Part shown: in pieces, positions 8,816-15,931 of the stretch
Layout: every line of letters begins with the position of its first letter
Position numbering within the stretch: the first letter of the stretch is position 1
NCBI RefSeq assembly: GCF_027924105.1
Contig: NZ_AP026972.1
Span: 1,439,367-1,471,366 of the forward strand
DNA length: 32,000 nucleotides
Source: Polynucleobacter sp. KF022
GTDB taxonomy: Bacteria; Pseudomonadota; Gammaproteobacteria; Burkholderiales; Burkholderiaceae
Direction of reading: 5' to 3'
Program-made: the position numbers and the translations under genes
The notes under the pieces: model-generated
Databases searched by the model: none
What the model saw: only the letters and a program-made list of their open reading frames with translations
Told to the model about the DNA's origin: nothing

Positions 8816-9460
8816 ATGACTGAATCTAACTCCACCCCACGAAAAATCCCGTTATTCCCTCTTGGAACAGTGCTTTTCCCAGACGGTGTGATCGCACTCA
8901 AAATTTTTGAAGCCCGGTACCTTGACATGATTAAGCAATGCTTGCGAGAGAAAACTGAATTCGGCGTGGTTAGCATTATCAAAAATACCAGTAACGATAA
9001 CGATAGCGAACCTCCTACTTTTGCCAGCATTGGGACCCTAGCATTGATCGAAGACTTTGATCCTGTGCAGCCTGCCTTATACATGACTAAATCATGCGGA
9101 ACGCAGCGCTTTAAGTTACTAAATAGCACCCAACAAAACAACGGTCTATGGGTTGGTGAAGTGGAGCTGCTGGATAAAGATCCACTCATACCTATTCCTC
9201 AAGAACATCAAGGTGTAGCTAAGTTACTAGACGAGATTATTTCTGTCATTCAAAGTGAGGATCTATTGGGCGACGCCCCTTTCAAGAAGCCCTTTAAGAC
9301 CGATGATTGCGGCTGGGTCTCCAATCGTCTAGCAGAACTCTTGCCAATCTCTCTTGCACAGAAGAATCACCTCCTAGCCCAAACCAATCCGCGAATTAGA
9401 CTCGATCTCATTACTGAAATCATTGAGGATGATGATTTAAGAAATCTGAAGATGCACTAA
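8816..9460 (+). CDS. LON substrate-binding (Lon N-terminal) domain protein
   Basis: The N-terminus IPLFPLGTVLFPDGVIALKIFEARYLDMIKQC is the characteristic start of stand-alone Lon-N/PUA-like domain proteins. Confidence 0.8.
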   Translation: MTESNSTPRKIPLFPLGTVLFPDGVIALKIFEARYLDMIKQCLREKTEFGVVSIIKNTSNDNDSEPPTFASIGTLALIEDFDPVQPALYMTKSCGTQRFKLLNSTQQNNGLWVGEVELLDKDPLIPIPQEHQGVAKLLDEIISVIQSEDLLGDAPFKKPFKTDDCGWVSNRLAELLPISLAQKNHLLAQTNPRIRLDLITEIIEDDDLRNLKMH

Positions 9461-9464
9461 ACCC

Positions 9465-10325
9465 ATGCTGGATGAGCTGATTCGGAAAACGATTCGAGAA
9501 ATGGTGGGCGGAAGTGGCCCACCAGTAGCGTTCTTAGTGCCAAAGGGTGACCGTGGTTTATTTGGCCCCGAATCAATAGCCTGGAAGGTGCATGCAGACT
9601 TTATTTCCATGATGATTGGTGGCATTAGCTCATTAATTCTTCAGGCACTACATCCACAAGCCTTAGCTGGAGTTTGGGATCATTCTTCATTTAGGGAAGA
9701 TTTGAAGGGTCGACTCGGTAGAACAGCATTTTTTATTGCGGCTACTACATACGGTCCTACCGATATGGCAGATAACATTATTCAGAAGGTTAATCAGATT
9801 CATACCAAAATTACTGGCTTCGATGAATTTGGAAAACCATACTCAGCGACCGATCCACATTTACTAGCTTGGGTACATCTCACAGAAACGCGCAGCTTCA
9901 TGAGCTCTTTTGAAGTTTACCGAAAAGAAAAATTAAAGCCAAAAGAGAAAGATCAGTATTTTTTAGAAATGAAATCGCTTGGCGAAAGAATGGGTGCCAC
10001 CGACATTCCAAATACTTATGCAGAAACTGAGAGCGCCATTAGAGCCTTCATACCAGAGCTTTATTTTGGCGACCGGGCTAAGAGCATTATTGATTTACTC
10101 GATCATTTCCCAAGCAATCTGACTGCCAAGCCCTTTATCAAGCTTATTAGTCGTGCAGGATTTCTGAATCTTCCTGACTGGGTGTACCCGATTATCAAAA
10201 AACCAACGCCCACTTATTTAGAGCGCCTTGCAGTTCAGAAGAGTATCGACCTCATCGCCTACCCTGTGCGTGAAGCACTGAAGGATGGGGTGGCCGCCCA
10301 CTCCCTGCGTAGAGTGTATGGCTAA
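9465..10325 (+). CDS. DUF2236 / MpaB-type oxygenase family protein (family name from memory)
   Basis: The segment ESIAWKVHADFISMMIGGISSLILQALHPQALAGVWDHSSF matches my recollection of the family core. It starts 4 nt after the upstream gene and is likely co-transcribed. Confidence 0.7.
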   Translation: MLDELIRKTIREMVGGSGPPVAFLVPKGDRGLFGPESIAWKVHADFISMMIGGISSLILQALHPQALAGVWDHSSFREDLKGRLGRTAFFIAATTYGPTDMADNIIQKVNQIHTKITGFDEFGKPYSATDPHLLAWVHLTETRSFMSSFEVYRKEKLKPKEKDQYFLEMKSLGERMGATDIPNTYAETESAIRAFIPELYFGDRAKSIIDLLDHFPSNLTAKPFIKLISRAGFLNLPDWVYPIIKKPTPTYLERLAVQKSIDLIAYPVREALKDGVAAHSLRRVYG

Positions 10326-10358
10326 CTTTTTACAAAAAAGTATTTTAGTCTTGGGTTA

Positions 10359-10532
10359 CTACTCAGATTTAGGCTTATCAGAGGTATTTTCTTGGCTCTT
10401 ATCCTTTGCCTGCAGGTTCAAACTCGGCGCACTCATTTTTTCACCGTCCCAAACCTGGCCACACCAACACTCTCCAGCATCATTAATGATACAAACGCCG
10501 GATCCACAGCAACGCTTATCTGGGGCTTTCAT
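10359..10532 (-). CDS. hypothetical Cys-rich small protein (57 aa), not in the ORF track
   Basis: My own translation gives MKAPDKRCCGSGVCIINDAGECWCGQVWDGEKMSAPSLNLQAKDKSQENTSDKPKSE. A GAAGG motif lies about 9 nt upstream of the ATG. It competes with the track ORF 10285..10590 (+), which has no recognisable features. Confidence 0.4.
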   Translation of the reverse strand: MKAPDKRCCGSGVCIINDAGECWCGQVWDGEKMSAPSLNLQAKDKSQENTSDKPKSE

Positions 10533-10586
10533 GATTCAAACCTTCTTTCCGATTTACGCCAATAAAAAAAATATCTTGGGAACATT

Positions 10587-10979
10587 ATGACAACTAATGC
10601 TTGTATTGAATTAAAAGATCTTAAACTGCAAACGCAAATTGGAACCTATGGCCCGGGCGCTATTGTTCCAAAACAGCATCTTCTCGACTTAACTCTTTGG
10701 ATAGACCCAAAATTGGTCCTTATCGCAGAAGATGTCATGGAAAATGTATTTGACTATGACCCCTTAGTCATTGAGATTGACCAATTAGCTGGCGATGGTC
10801 ATTACGAAACCCAAGAAAGGTTGATGACTAGGATCGTTCAAGCTTGCGCAAATTACTCTGAAATTGAGTCTCTTGAAATTGGCCTCAGAAAACTTCCTGC
10901 TAGCGCAGGATCAGGATCTTTGGGTGTCCGGCTCCAGATAGATGGCGATACTCTCAATAACATGAGGGATAAAAAGTGA
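10587..10979 (+). CDS. dihydroneopterin aldolase (FolB) family protein
   Basis: The 130-aa size and the pattern IELKDLKLQTQIGTYGPG...QHLLDLTLWID...DYDPLVIEI resemble the FolB/tunnelling-fold family. Confidence 0.65.
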   Translation: MTTNACIELKDLKLQTQIGTYGPGAIVPKQHLLDLTLWIDPKLVLIAEDVMENVFDYDPLVIEIDQLAGDGHYETQERLMTRIVQACANYSEIESLEIGLRKLPASAGSGSLGVRLQIDGDTLNNMRDKK

Positions 10980-11089
10980 CTATCGTAGATTGGATCGTAT
11001 GAAACTGAGAATTTCATCATAAAGCTCTCGAATTTTGCGTACCAATTTCATACCTATCATCTTAAGCGATTCTCTTTAAAGTAAACATC

Positions 11090-11662
11090 ATGAAAATTGT
11101 CTTCTCCTTTTGTATAAGTGCATTACTTGCTATTGTTGCCATGCCAGTAAGCGCAAACCTTGCCAGCAGCCTTAGCGATGGGCAGCATGTTTTACTCATG
11201 CGTCATGCAGATGCACCAGGCTACGGAGATCCTTCAGGCTATCAACTAGACAAGTGCTCCACCCAAAGAAATCTGGGTGAAAGAGGCAAGAAGCAAGCAA
11301 TGCTGATAGGTCAATGGTTAACTAACCAGGGAATTACCTCTGCCAAAGTGATGAGTAGCCCCTGGTGTCGCTGTATTGATACTGCAAAACTACTAAACAA
11401 GGGTCAAGTCACTATTGCCCCTGCGCTCGGATCATTCTTTGATGATATGAGCCTAGAAAAAGAGCAAACCCGAAATCTAGAAAAACTCATTCAAGTCCAA
11501 TTGAATGAAAATCCCAAAACACCACTCATCTTAGTCACGCATCATGTGAATATTCAAGCCTTCACCGGCAAAGTGGTTAACGTTGGAGATATGGTTCTAG
11601 CCAAAGTAGATAAGAATGGTAAGTTCTTATCTCAACAAATCCATCCAAGCCCAAGTTTTTAG
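11090..11662 (+). CDS. secreted histidine phosphatase family protein
   Basis: A signal peptide (MKIVFSFCISALLAIVAMPVSA). The catalytic RH motif (LLMRHADAPG) and a distal His (LVTHHVNI) follow. Confidence 0.75.
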   Translation: MKIVFSFCISALLAIVAMPVSANLASSLSDGQHVLLMRHADAPGYGDPSGYQLDKCSTQRNLGERGKKQAMLIGQWLTNQGITSAKVMSSPWCRCIDTAKLLNKGQVTIAPALGSFFDDMSLEKEQTRNLEKLIQVQLNENPKTPLILVTHHVNIQAFTGKVVNVGDMVLAKVDKNGKFLSQQIHPSPSF

Positions 11663-11687
11663 AATTTTTCTCACGCGCAAAAAAGAA

Positions 11688-11707
11688 AACCACCCGAAGG
11701 TGGTTTT
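11688..11707. terminator. bidirectional intrinsic terminator hairpin (AACCACC-CGAA-GGTGGTT flanked by A- and T-runs)
   Basis: A perfect 7-bp stem with a 4-nt loop. TTTTG follows on the plus strand and a T-run follows on the minus strand. It lies between the phosphatase stop and the 3' end of the tRNA fragment. Confidence 0.6.
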
Positions 11708-11714
11708 GTATTTC

Positions 11715-11759
11715 TGGTGGGCCCACCAGGACTTGAACCTGGGACCAAAGGATTATGAG
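11715..11759 (-). pseudogene. orphan 3' half of a tRNA gene (anticodon loop CUCAUAA = CAU, variable loop, T-arm, acceptor 3' strand, ACCA)
   Basis: The reverse complement reads CTCATAA-TCCTT-TGGTC-CCAGG-TTCAAGT-CCTGG-TGGGCCC-A-CCA. The T-arm is perfect and CCA is encoded. The 5' strands of the anticodon and acceptor stems (AAGGA, GGGCCCA) are absent from the adjacent sequence, so the gene is broken right after the anticodon loop. Confidence 0.7.
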
Positions 11760-11866
11760 AGCAGAGGACCAAATTGACCGTAGTAAATATAAGGGTCTAG
11801 CGTTGGTGAGGCTCGGTGTGTAAGTAAGTGTGTAAGCAAATTTCACTTCTTTGCTGAAAAATACAT

Positions 11867-12553
11867 TTAATTAGCGTATCGAAACTCAACCCAAGTTGGA
11901 GAACTAATTCTGCTCCGCATAGCATGGGTTGTTATTCCAAACTCCTCTGCTGCTGCTCGCACCCCAACAAAAGTGCCGCGGGGAGTTACGATAACTTTAT
12001 CTAGCTTAGGCTCAAATTTAAACTCATCGGGCTTAAAGTACTTGATCCAACTATATATTCTAGTTGGGTGCACCCCATAATGCTCAGCAGCAGCATACAC
12101 ATTTGGAAACCTTCCTTTGGGAGTTAGTACCGCCATTGGAGCCCTTCCATTTTGCTTAGCAACTGCCTTAGTAACCGACTCAGCCTTGATAGTTTTTTTG
12201 CGGGGGCGAGCTGGAGTTATGAATGCAAACCCCTCCCTCCCTTTCCGAATCCAATTCGAAATAGTCTGACAAACTACACCATACAATAGAGCCGCATCAT
12301 TGATGCTGTCACACTCCCCTTTTGGAGTCATTACGCGCCGGGATAAGCGATTCTCTATAGTGCTTCCGAGCAAACTACTGTTCTTATTATTTGTGGCGAC
12401 TTTAGTGGCAGTTCTTTTTGCGATTGACTCTTCAGACAGCCTTCCATAATGATTCGTATTGAAATTTTGCTTCTTAGTGCTCCATGTAGAAAATTCATCC
12501 CACGATACTTTTTTTCCATTTTTTAATTCAACCATGTGATTATTTGTATTCAT
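11867..12553 (-). CDS. DNA-binding protein with three tandem NUMOD1-like helix-turn-helix repeats, no recognisable nuclease domain
   Basis: There are three repeats of about 45 aa. They are VMTPKGECDSINDAALLYGVVCQTISNWIRKG, VLTPKGRFPNVYAAAEHYGVHPTRIYSWIKYF and IVTPRGTFVGVRAAAEEFGITTHAMRSRISS. I chose the start at the Met of MNTNNH because AAGGTG lies 6 nt upstream. The track ORF extends to 12577, which would overlap the ATPase gene by 14 nt. Confidence 0.6.
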   Translation of the reverse strand: MNTNNHMVELKNGKKVSWDEFSTWSTKKQNFNTNHYGRLSEESIAKRTATKVATNNKNSSLLGSTIENRLSRRVMTPKGECDSINDAALLYGVVCQTISNWIRKGREGFAFITPARPRKKTIKAESVTKAVAKQNGRAPMAVLTPKGRFPNVYAAAEHYGVHPTRIYSWIKYFKPDEFKFEPKLDKVIVTPRGTFVGVRAAAEEFGITTHAMRSRISSPTWVEFRYAN

Positions 12554-12563
12554 TATTGTCACC

Positions 12564-13352
12564 TTATTCATCAACATCGTTTAACAAGCCGCTATCAGCC
12601 ATGCTCCGCCAATCTTGCGCATTAATTACCATCAATTGGGCTAACTTAACTGCTGTGCGTAAGCTCACTTTATTAAATTTCTCCAAGTTACTTTCGATGT
12701 ACTCTAACAATAAAAATTGCTGTTGCTTACTTAAATTGAAATTACGTAGCAAATCTTTCTTAGCCACCATGAAGCACAGTTGCTTAAAGCAGCTTTCTTT
12801 AGAGCTGTCAGCAACGATGATTTTGTAACTGCGATCTTTTAATGCATCTAGGTGTGCAGATAAATTTCCTCTTGTGTGCCCATCAAAGCCAATATTTGAA
12901 ATCAAAATTACACTACCTTTGAATTCAAATGAACTTGGAATTCCGACTCCTTTTAGAGGGGTAGTACTTTCCCAGCTAATCTTACGAATAGCAGAAGTAT
13001 CAATTGCTGCCTTAAGCAAATTAACGCCTTCAATTTTCTTGAAAACTGAATCAATATCATCAAGCACTAATACGCCATTTGCTTCTCTATGAAAATACAA
13101 ATTTCCATAGAGACTCAGTGGAGTCATATGTCCTTTAACAACCTTGTAATTCCCATTGGCATACTTGTTTAGATAATTTTCTACAGAATGGGTCTTTCCC
13201 ACCCCTGGAGGGCCATTTACGATTAAATTGTGAATTTTTCCATTAGCAATCTGCTTGATATAAGTTTCTACGTTCGCATAGCGCTTTTCGAGTTCGCTAT
13301 AGTCTGCATTTTCGTAGCTAGACAAATTACTGGACTTAACTTTCATTAGCAT
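12564..13352 (-). CDS. small AAA+/P-loop ATPase
   Basis: Walker A NGPPGVGKTH, Walker B GVLVLDDID and a sensor-1-like VILISN. A GGGGAAG Shine-Dalgarno lies just upstream of the ATG at 13352. Confidence 0.8.
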   Translation of the reverse strand: MLMKVKSSNLSSYENADYSELEKRYANVETYIKQIANGKIHNLIVNGPPGVGKTHSVENYLNKYANGNYKVVKGHMTPLSLYGNLYFHREANGVLVLDDIDSVFKKIEGVNLLKAAIDTSAIRKISWESTTPLKGVGIPSSFEFKGSVILISNIGFDGHTRGNLSAHLDALKDRSYKIIVADSSKESCFKQLCFMVAKKDLLRNFNLSKQQQFLLLEYIESNLEKFNKVSLRTAVKLAQLMVINAQDWRSMADSGLLNDVDE

Positions 13353-13445
13353 TTACTTCCCCTTATATATTCGAACTATCAACGCGATAATTCATAGGCT
13401 CTATATTAGATTTTTGTGATTTTTTACAGTCAAAATAAGCATTTA

Positions 13446-13463
13446 AAATCGAGTTTGTTAATC
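13446..13463 (-). promoter_or_regulatory. 18-mer AAATCGAGTTTGTTAATC (plus-strand spelling), upstream motif of the ATPase gene
   Basis: It is identical 18/18 to 14058..14075. There is 1 mismatch to 13546..13563, and a degenerate copy at 15081..15092. It lies 94 nt upstream of the ATG at 13352. A TTGACT (13433..13428, minus strand) and TCTAAT/TAATAT -10 candidates lie between the motif and the gene. Confidence 0.45.
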
Positions 13464-13492
13464 ACTTATTTCTACCGCAACTCAACGTAAAA

Positions 13493-13600
13493 CCATATAC
13501 GTAAGATATGCGTTTTGGCCTTCTTTTCGGATCAACAATCAATTCAAATCAAGTTTGTTAATTGCTAGCTTCAATTTAAAAATGCCACCCGAAGGTGGCA
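13493..13600. repeat. copy A of a ~107-bp direct repeat (minus-strand terminator hairpin TGCCACC-TTCG-GGTGGCA + TTAACAAACTTGATTTGAATTGATTGTT block + CATAT-rich end)
   Basis: Hand alignment with 14005..14111 gives roughly 80% identity over its length. The hairpin plus T-run sits 22 nt after the stop of the 13623..13961 gene. Confidence 0.75.
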
Positions 13601-13622
13601 TTTAGCACTCTAAATGGAAGAC

Positions 13623-13961
13623 TTAACTAATGGAGACTCTTACAGCATCCCCATCCGATTCAACCATTCTTAAAAAACAAGCATAGTCGTCGAAGGTATT
13701 GACTATTAAGGCATAGTCATCCTCCCAGTTATTGTCAGCGCATTCAGGGTCATTAAAAGCAATACCAGCCTGCTCAATAATCCACTGCGCCTGTTCAGCC
13801 GTAACGGTAAACGTGTCATCAACTTCACAGCTGGAAATGATGACTTTTAACCATTCCGGACCATTGGGATCCCAAAGCATAGAATCCAGCGCATTCAATA
13901 ATTCAACAGTCATAAAGTGCGTTTGATTTGCAAAAAATGCATTTGTATTTTCATTACTCAT
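13623..13961 (-). CDS. hyper-acidic hypothetical protein (112 aa)
   Basis: The start is set at MSNENTN (ATG at 13961), which is preceded by AAGGAA. The 31-codon upstream extension in the track ORF (to 14054) reads through repeat copy B and is probably spurious. I counted about 21 Asp+Glu against 3 Lys+Arg. Confidence 0.6.
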   Translation of the reverse strand: MSNENTNAFFANQTHFMTVELLNALDSMLWDPNGPEWLKVIISSCEVDDTFTVTAEQAQWIIEQAGIAFNDPECADNNWEDDYALIVNTFDDYACFLRMVESDGDAVRVSIS

Positions 13962-14004
13962 TTTTAATTCCTTTTTTAAATAGGGCGGCCAAGAGTGGCA
14001 CAAC

Positions 14005-14111
14005 CCATATGCATAAGATAGCTTTTTTGACCTACTTTTCGGATAAACAATCAATTCAAATCGAGTTTGTTAATCGCAAGCCTTAAATGCAAATGCCACT
14101 CGAAGGTGGCA
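14005..14111. repeat. copy B of the ~107-bp direct repeat (terminator hairpin TGCCACC-TTCG-AGTGGCA + TTAACAAACTCGATTTGAATTGATTGTT block)
   Basis: See copy A. The hairpin sits 23 nt after the stop of the 14135..14992 gene. This is the same spacing as in copy A. Confidence 0.75.
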
Positions 14112-14134
14112 CCGTTACTTCAAGTAACACTTAA

Positions 14135-14992
14135 TTAAGCGGCTAGCGCCAATTGCGGCACTGTAGGTTGCTGAGCTGCCAGCTTTTTAGCGCGATACTC
14201 TGCGTCCTCCCGATCCCTCTTATCCCGCATCTTGCGCTGATATTCTGGCGAGATAACTTCTTGAGCCCGAGCTATCTGCTGCTTATCGATTTCTGAATAT
14301 GAGCTTTTAGATCCTAAATCTACACATACACGACTAAGGATTTGTTTTTCAAAATCTATATCCATTGGGATAACGCCAACAACTTTATATCCACCAAGAA
14401 CTCGCTTGCAAATTGGGTAAAAGAACGCGCCAACCCCCATAGAATCGTGCACCTGGCTAGACAACTCCTGCGGAATACTGAATTCAGTGATTGGAGTTGC
14501 TACTTTTTCATCTAATAATGCCTTTATAAACTTAAGCTCATGCTCGCCCCTAGCTTTTTTCTTGTTTACAGCTTCTAAATTAGTATTGCTTTCACGAATC
14601 CGATCAATGCCCCCGTTTTGGCGTATGAAATCCTCCAGCTCATCGGCCATTACATCCTGCCTGTAAGCCATATCTAATACCCTGGCGTATACGTGAGCAT
14701 TTTTGCGATTAGTCCGCACTACATATTTCACGATAATCGTCAAATCAGGGGTATTTTTCTGAACCTTGATATTGTGCTTCGTGGATAAGGTGTTGCGCAT
14801 TTTGGATAGTATTTCTAACTTGTAGTCAGATCCCAATATTTGATCGCTATATCGCATCAAATCCGAGAGAAGTCTGTATAAGACATCATTAGCCTTAACG
14901 ATATAGTTTTCATAAAAATCTGCTTGATTTTGTGCAAGTACATCCCCTTCACACAACACCTGCCCTACTAACAACTTTTCATTCTTTTTCAT
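14135..14992 (-). CDS. hypothetical protein (285 aa) with Lys/Arg/Glu-rich C-terminal tail
   Basis: A long ORF that begins MKKNEK. I recognise no family motif. The tail EYQRKMRDKRDREDAEYRAKKLAAQQ looks coiled-coil or charged. Confidence 0.6.
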   Translation of the reverse strand: MKKNEKLLVGQVLCEGDVLAQNQADFYENYIVKANDVLYRLLSDLMRYSDQILGSDYKLEILSKMRNTLSTKHNIKVQKNTPDLTIIVKYVVRTNRKNAHVYARVLDMAYRQDVMADELEDFIRQNGGIDRIRESNTNLEAVNKKKARGEHELKFIKALLDEKVATPITEFSIPQELSSQVHDSMGVGAFFYPICKRVLGGYKVVGVIPMDIDFEKQILSRVCVDLGSKSSYSEIDKQQIARAQEVISPEYQRKMRDKRDREDAEYRAKKLAAQQPTVPQLALAA

Positions 14993-15041
14993 TTTATTTC
15001 TCCATAGTTAATGCGAGTTAATTCGCTCTATGAGTCTATAA

Positions 15042-15069
15042 AAATAGAGGTCTTATTCGGATGAATAAG
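15042..15069 (+). promoter_or_regulatory. AAATAGAGGTC 11-mer abutting a perfect palindrome CTTATTC-GGAT-GAATAAG in the divergent control region
   Basis: The 11-mer recurs at 18440..18450 (+) and 17267..17277 (-). The palindrome arms are at 15052..15058 and 15063..15069. The element lies between the divergent starts at 14992 (-) and 15187 (+). Confidence 0.45.
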
Positions 15070-15186
15070 TGATTTATGTCAGTTTTGTTAATAGGCTTTT
15101 AAGGGGTAAACGCTAATCAATCCAGATAAGAATTGTGCTTATACTTTTCATACCTACTAATAGCATGTCTTTAAACATAGGCTTAT

Positions 15187-15918
15187 ATGTCAGATGAAAA
15201 ATTGGGTCTCTACAAAGAGATTCCTGGCGGACTTCGCAAGGGTCGCCCAACAGCCGATGATTGGCGCAAAGCTAAAGATACGCTGTACTACGAATGGTGG
15301 CGCTGTCTCAATGCAAGCAATGAATACTTGGAATGTTGCGCAAAAGGCGGCAAAAATCACTCTTTAGCCGATACCTATTCACTATTCGGGGATGTAAACG
15401 TCTCGTGGGCGCAATGGTGGGGAAATATAGGTAAACGCATTTTTAGCGAGAGGCGCCAATATCCCAAAGTTCGAGCAATTGACCAAGATGAAGCTTTGAG
15501 CAAGTTAGAAGTTGAATCAAAGAATTTCTTAATTCTTGATATTCCTTTAACTTTACGCCGCGTAACCATACTTGAGCAGATCAACAAGCTGCTCGATGAG
15601 TTTCATGATGGCAAGAAATTAGATGTGAGAGCACAAAGTACTGCGTTAGTTCAACTAGAAACTACCAAATTGCAACACAAAACCATTCCAACCTTGGTAG
15701 ATGTAGCTGAAATACTCTATCGCAATCCTGATATCCAGCTTTACCAATTGGCTCAAAGAGCTAAGTTAGCAGAGCATCACTTAGGAAGAGCAGTTAGCGA
15801 AGCCCTTAGTGCCGATGAGGAAAAACAAAGACGTCAAATGGCCGCTAGTAGATACAAAGAACAAGCACAGAAACTCGTTTTCAACGCAGCGAGACTGAAA
15901 TTCCCATCGATTGAATGA
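15187..15918 (+). CDS. hypothetical protein (243 aa), Trp-rich N-terminal region
   Basis: A long ORF with a Trp-rich N-terminal region (DDWRKAKDTLYYEWWRCLNASNEYLE, WAQWWGNIGKRIF). I cannot assign a family confidently. Confidence 0.6.
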   Translation: MSDEKLGLYKEIPGGLRKGRPTADDWRKAKDTLYYEWWRCLNASNEYLECCAKGGKNHSLADTYSLFGDVNVSWAQWWGNIGKRIFSERRQYPKVRAIDQDEALSKLEVESKNFLILDIPLTLRRVTILEQINKLLDEFHDGKKLDVRAQSTALVQLETTKLQHKTIPTLVDVAEILYRNPDIQLYQLAQRAKLAEHHLGRAVSEALSADEEKQRRQMAASRYKEQAQKLVFNAARLKFPSIE

Positions 15919-15931
15919 TGGGCTAGGAAAT

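Noticed and set aside
11715-11800. An attempt to fold a complete tRNA from the fragment and the adjacent 40 nt.
   Set aside because: The complementary 5' strands of the anticodon stem (AAGGA) and acceptor stem (GGGCCCA) are absent and there is no D-arm. Only the 3' half is tRNA-like. The track ORF 11577..11846 (-) that covers it is spurious.
13962-14054. The 31-codon N-terminal extension of the acidic-protein ORF (MIVYPKSRSKKLSYAYGLCHSWPPYLKKELK).
   Set aside because: It reads through copy B of the intergenic repeat, and the equivalent sequence in copy A is non-coding. The internal ATG at 13961 has a good AAGGAA Shine-Dalgarno.
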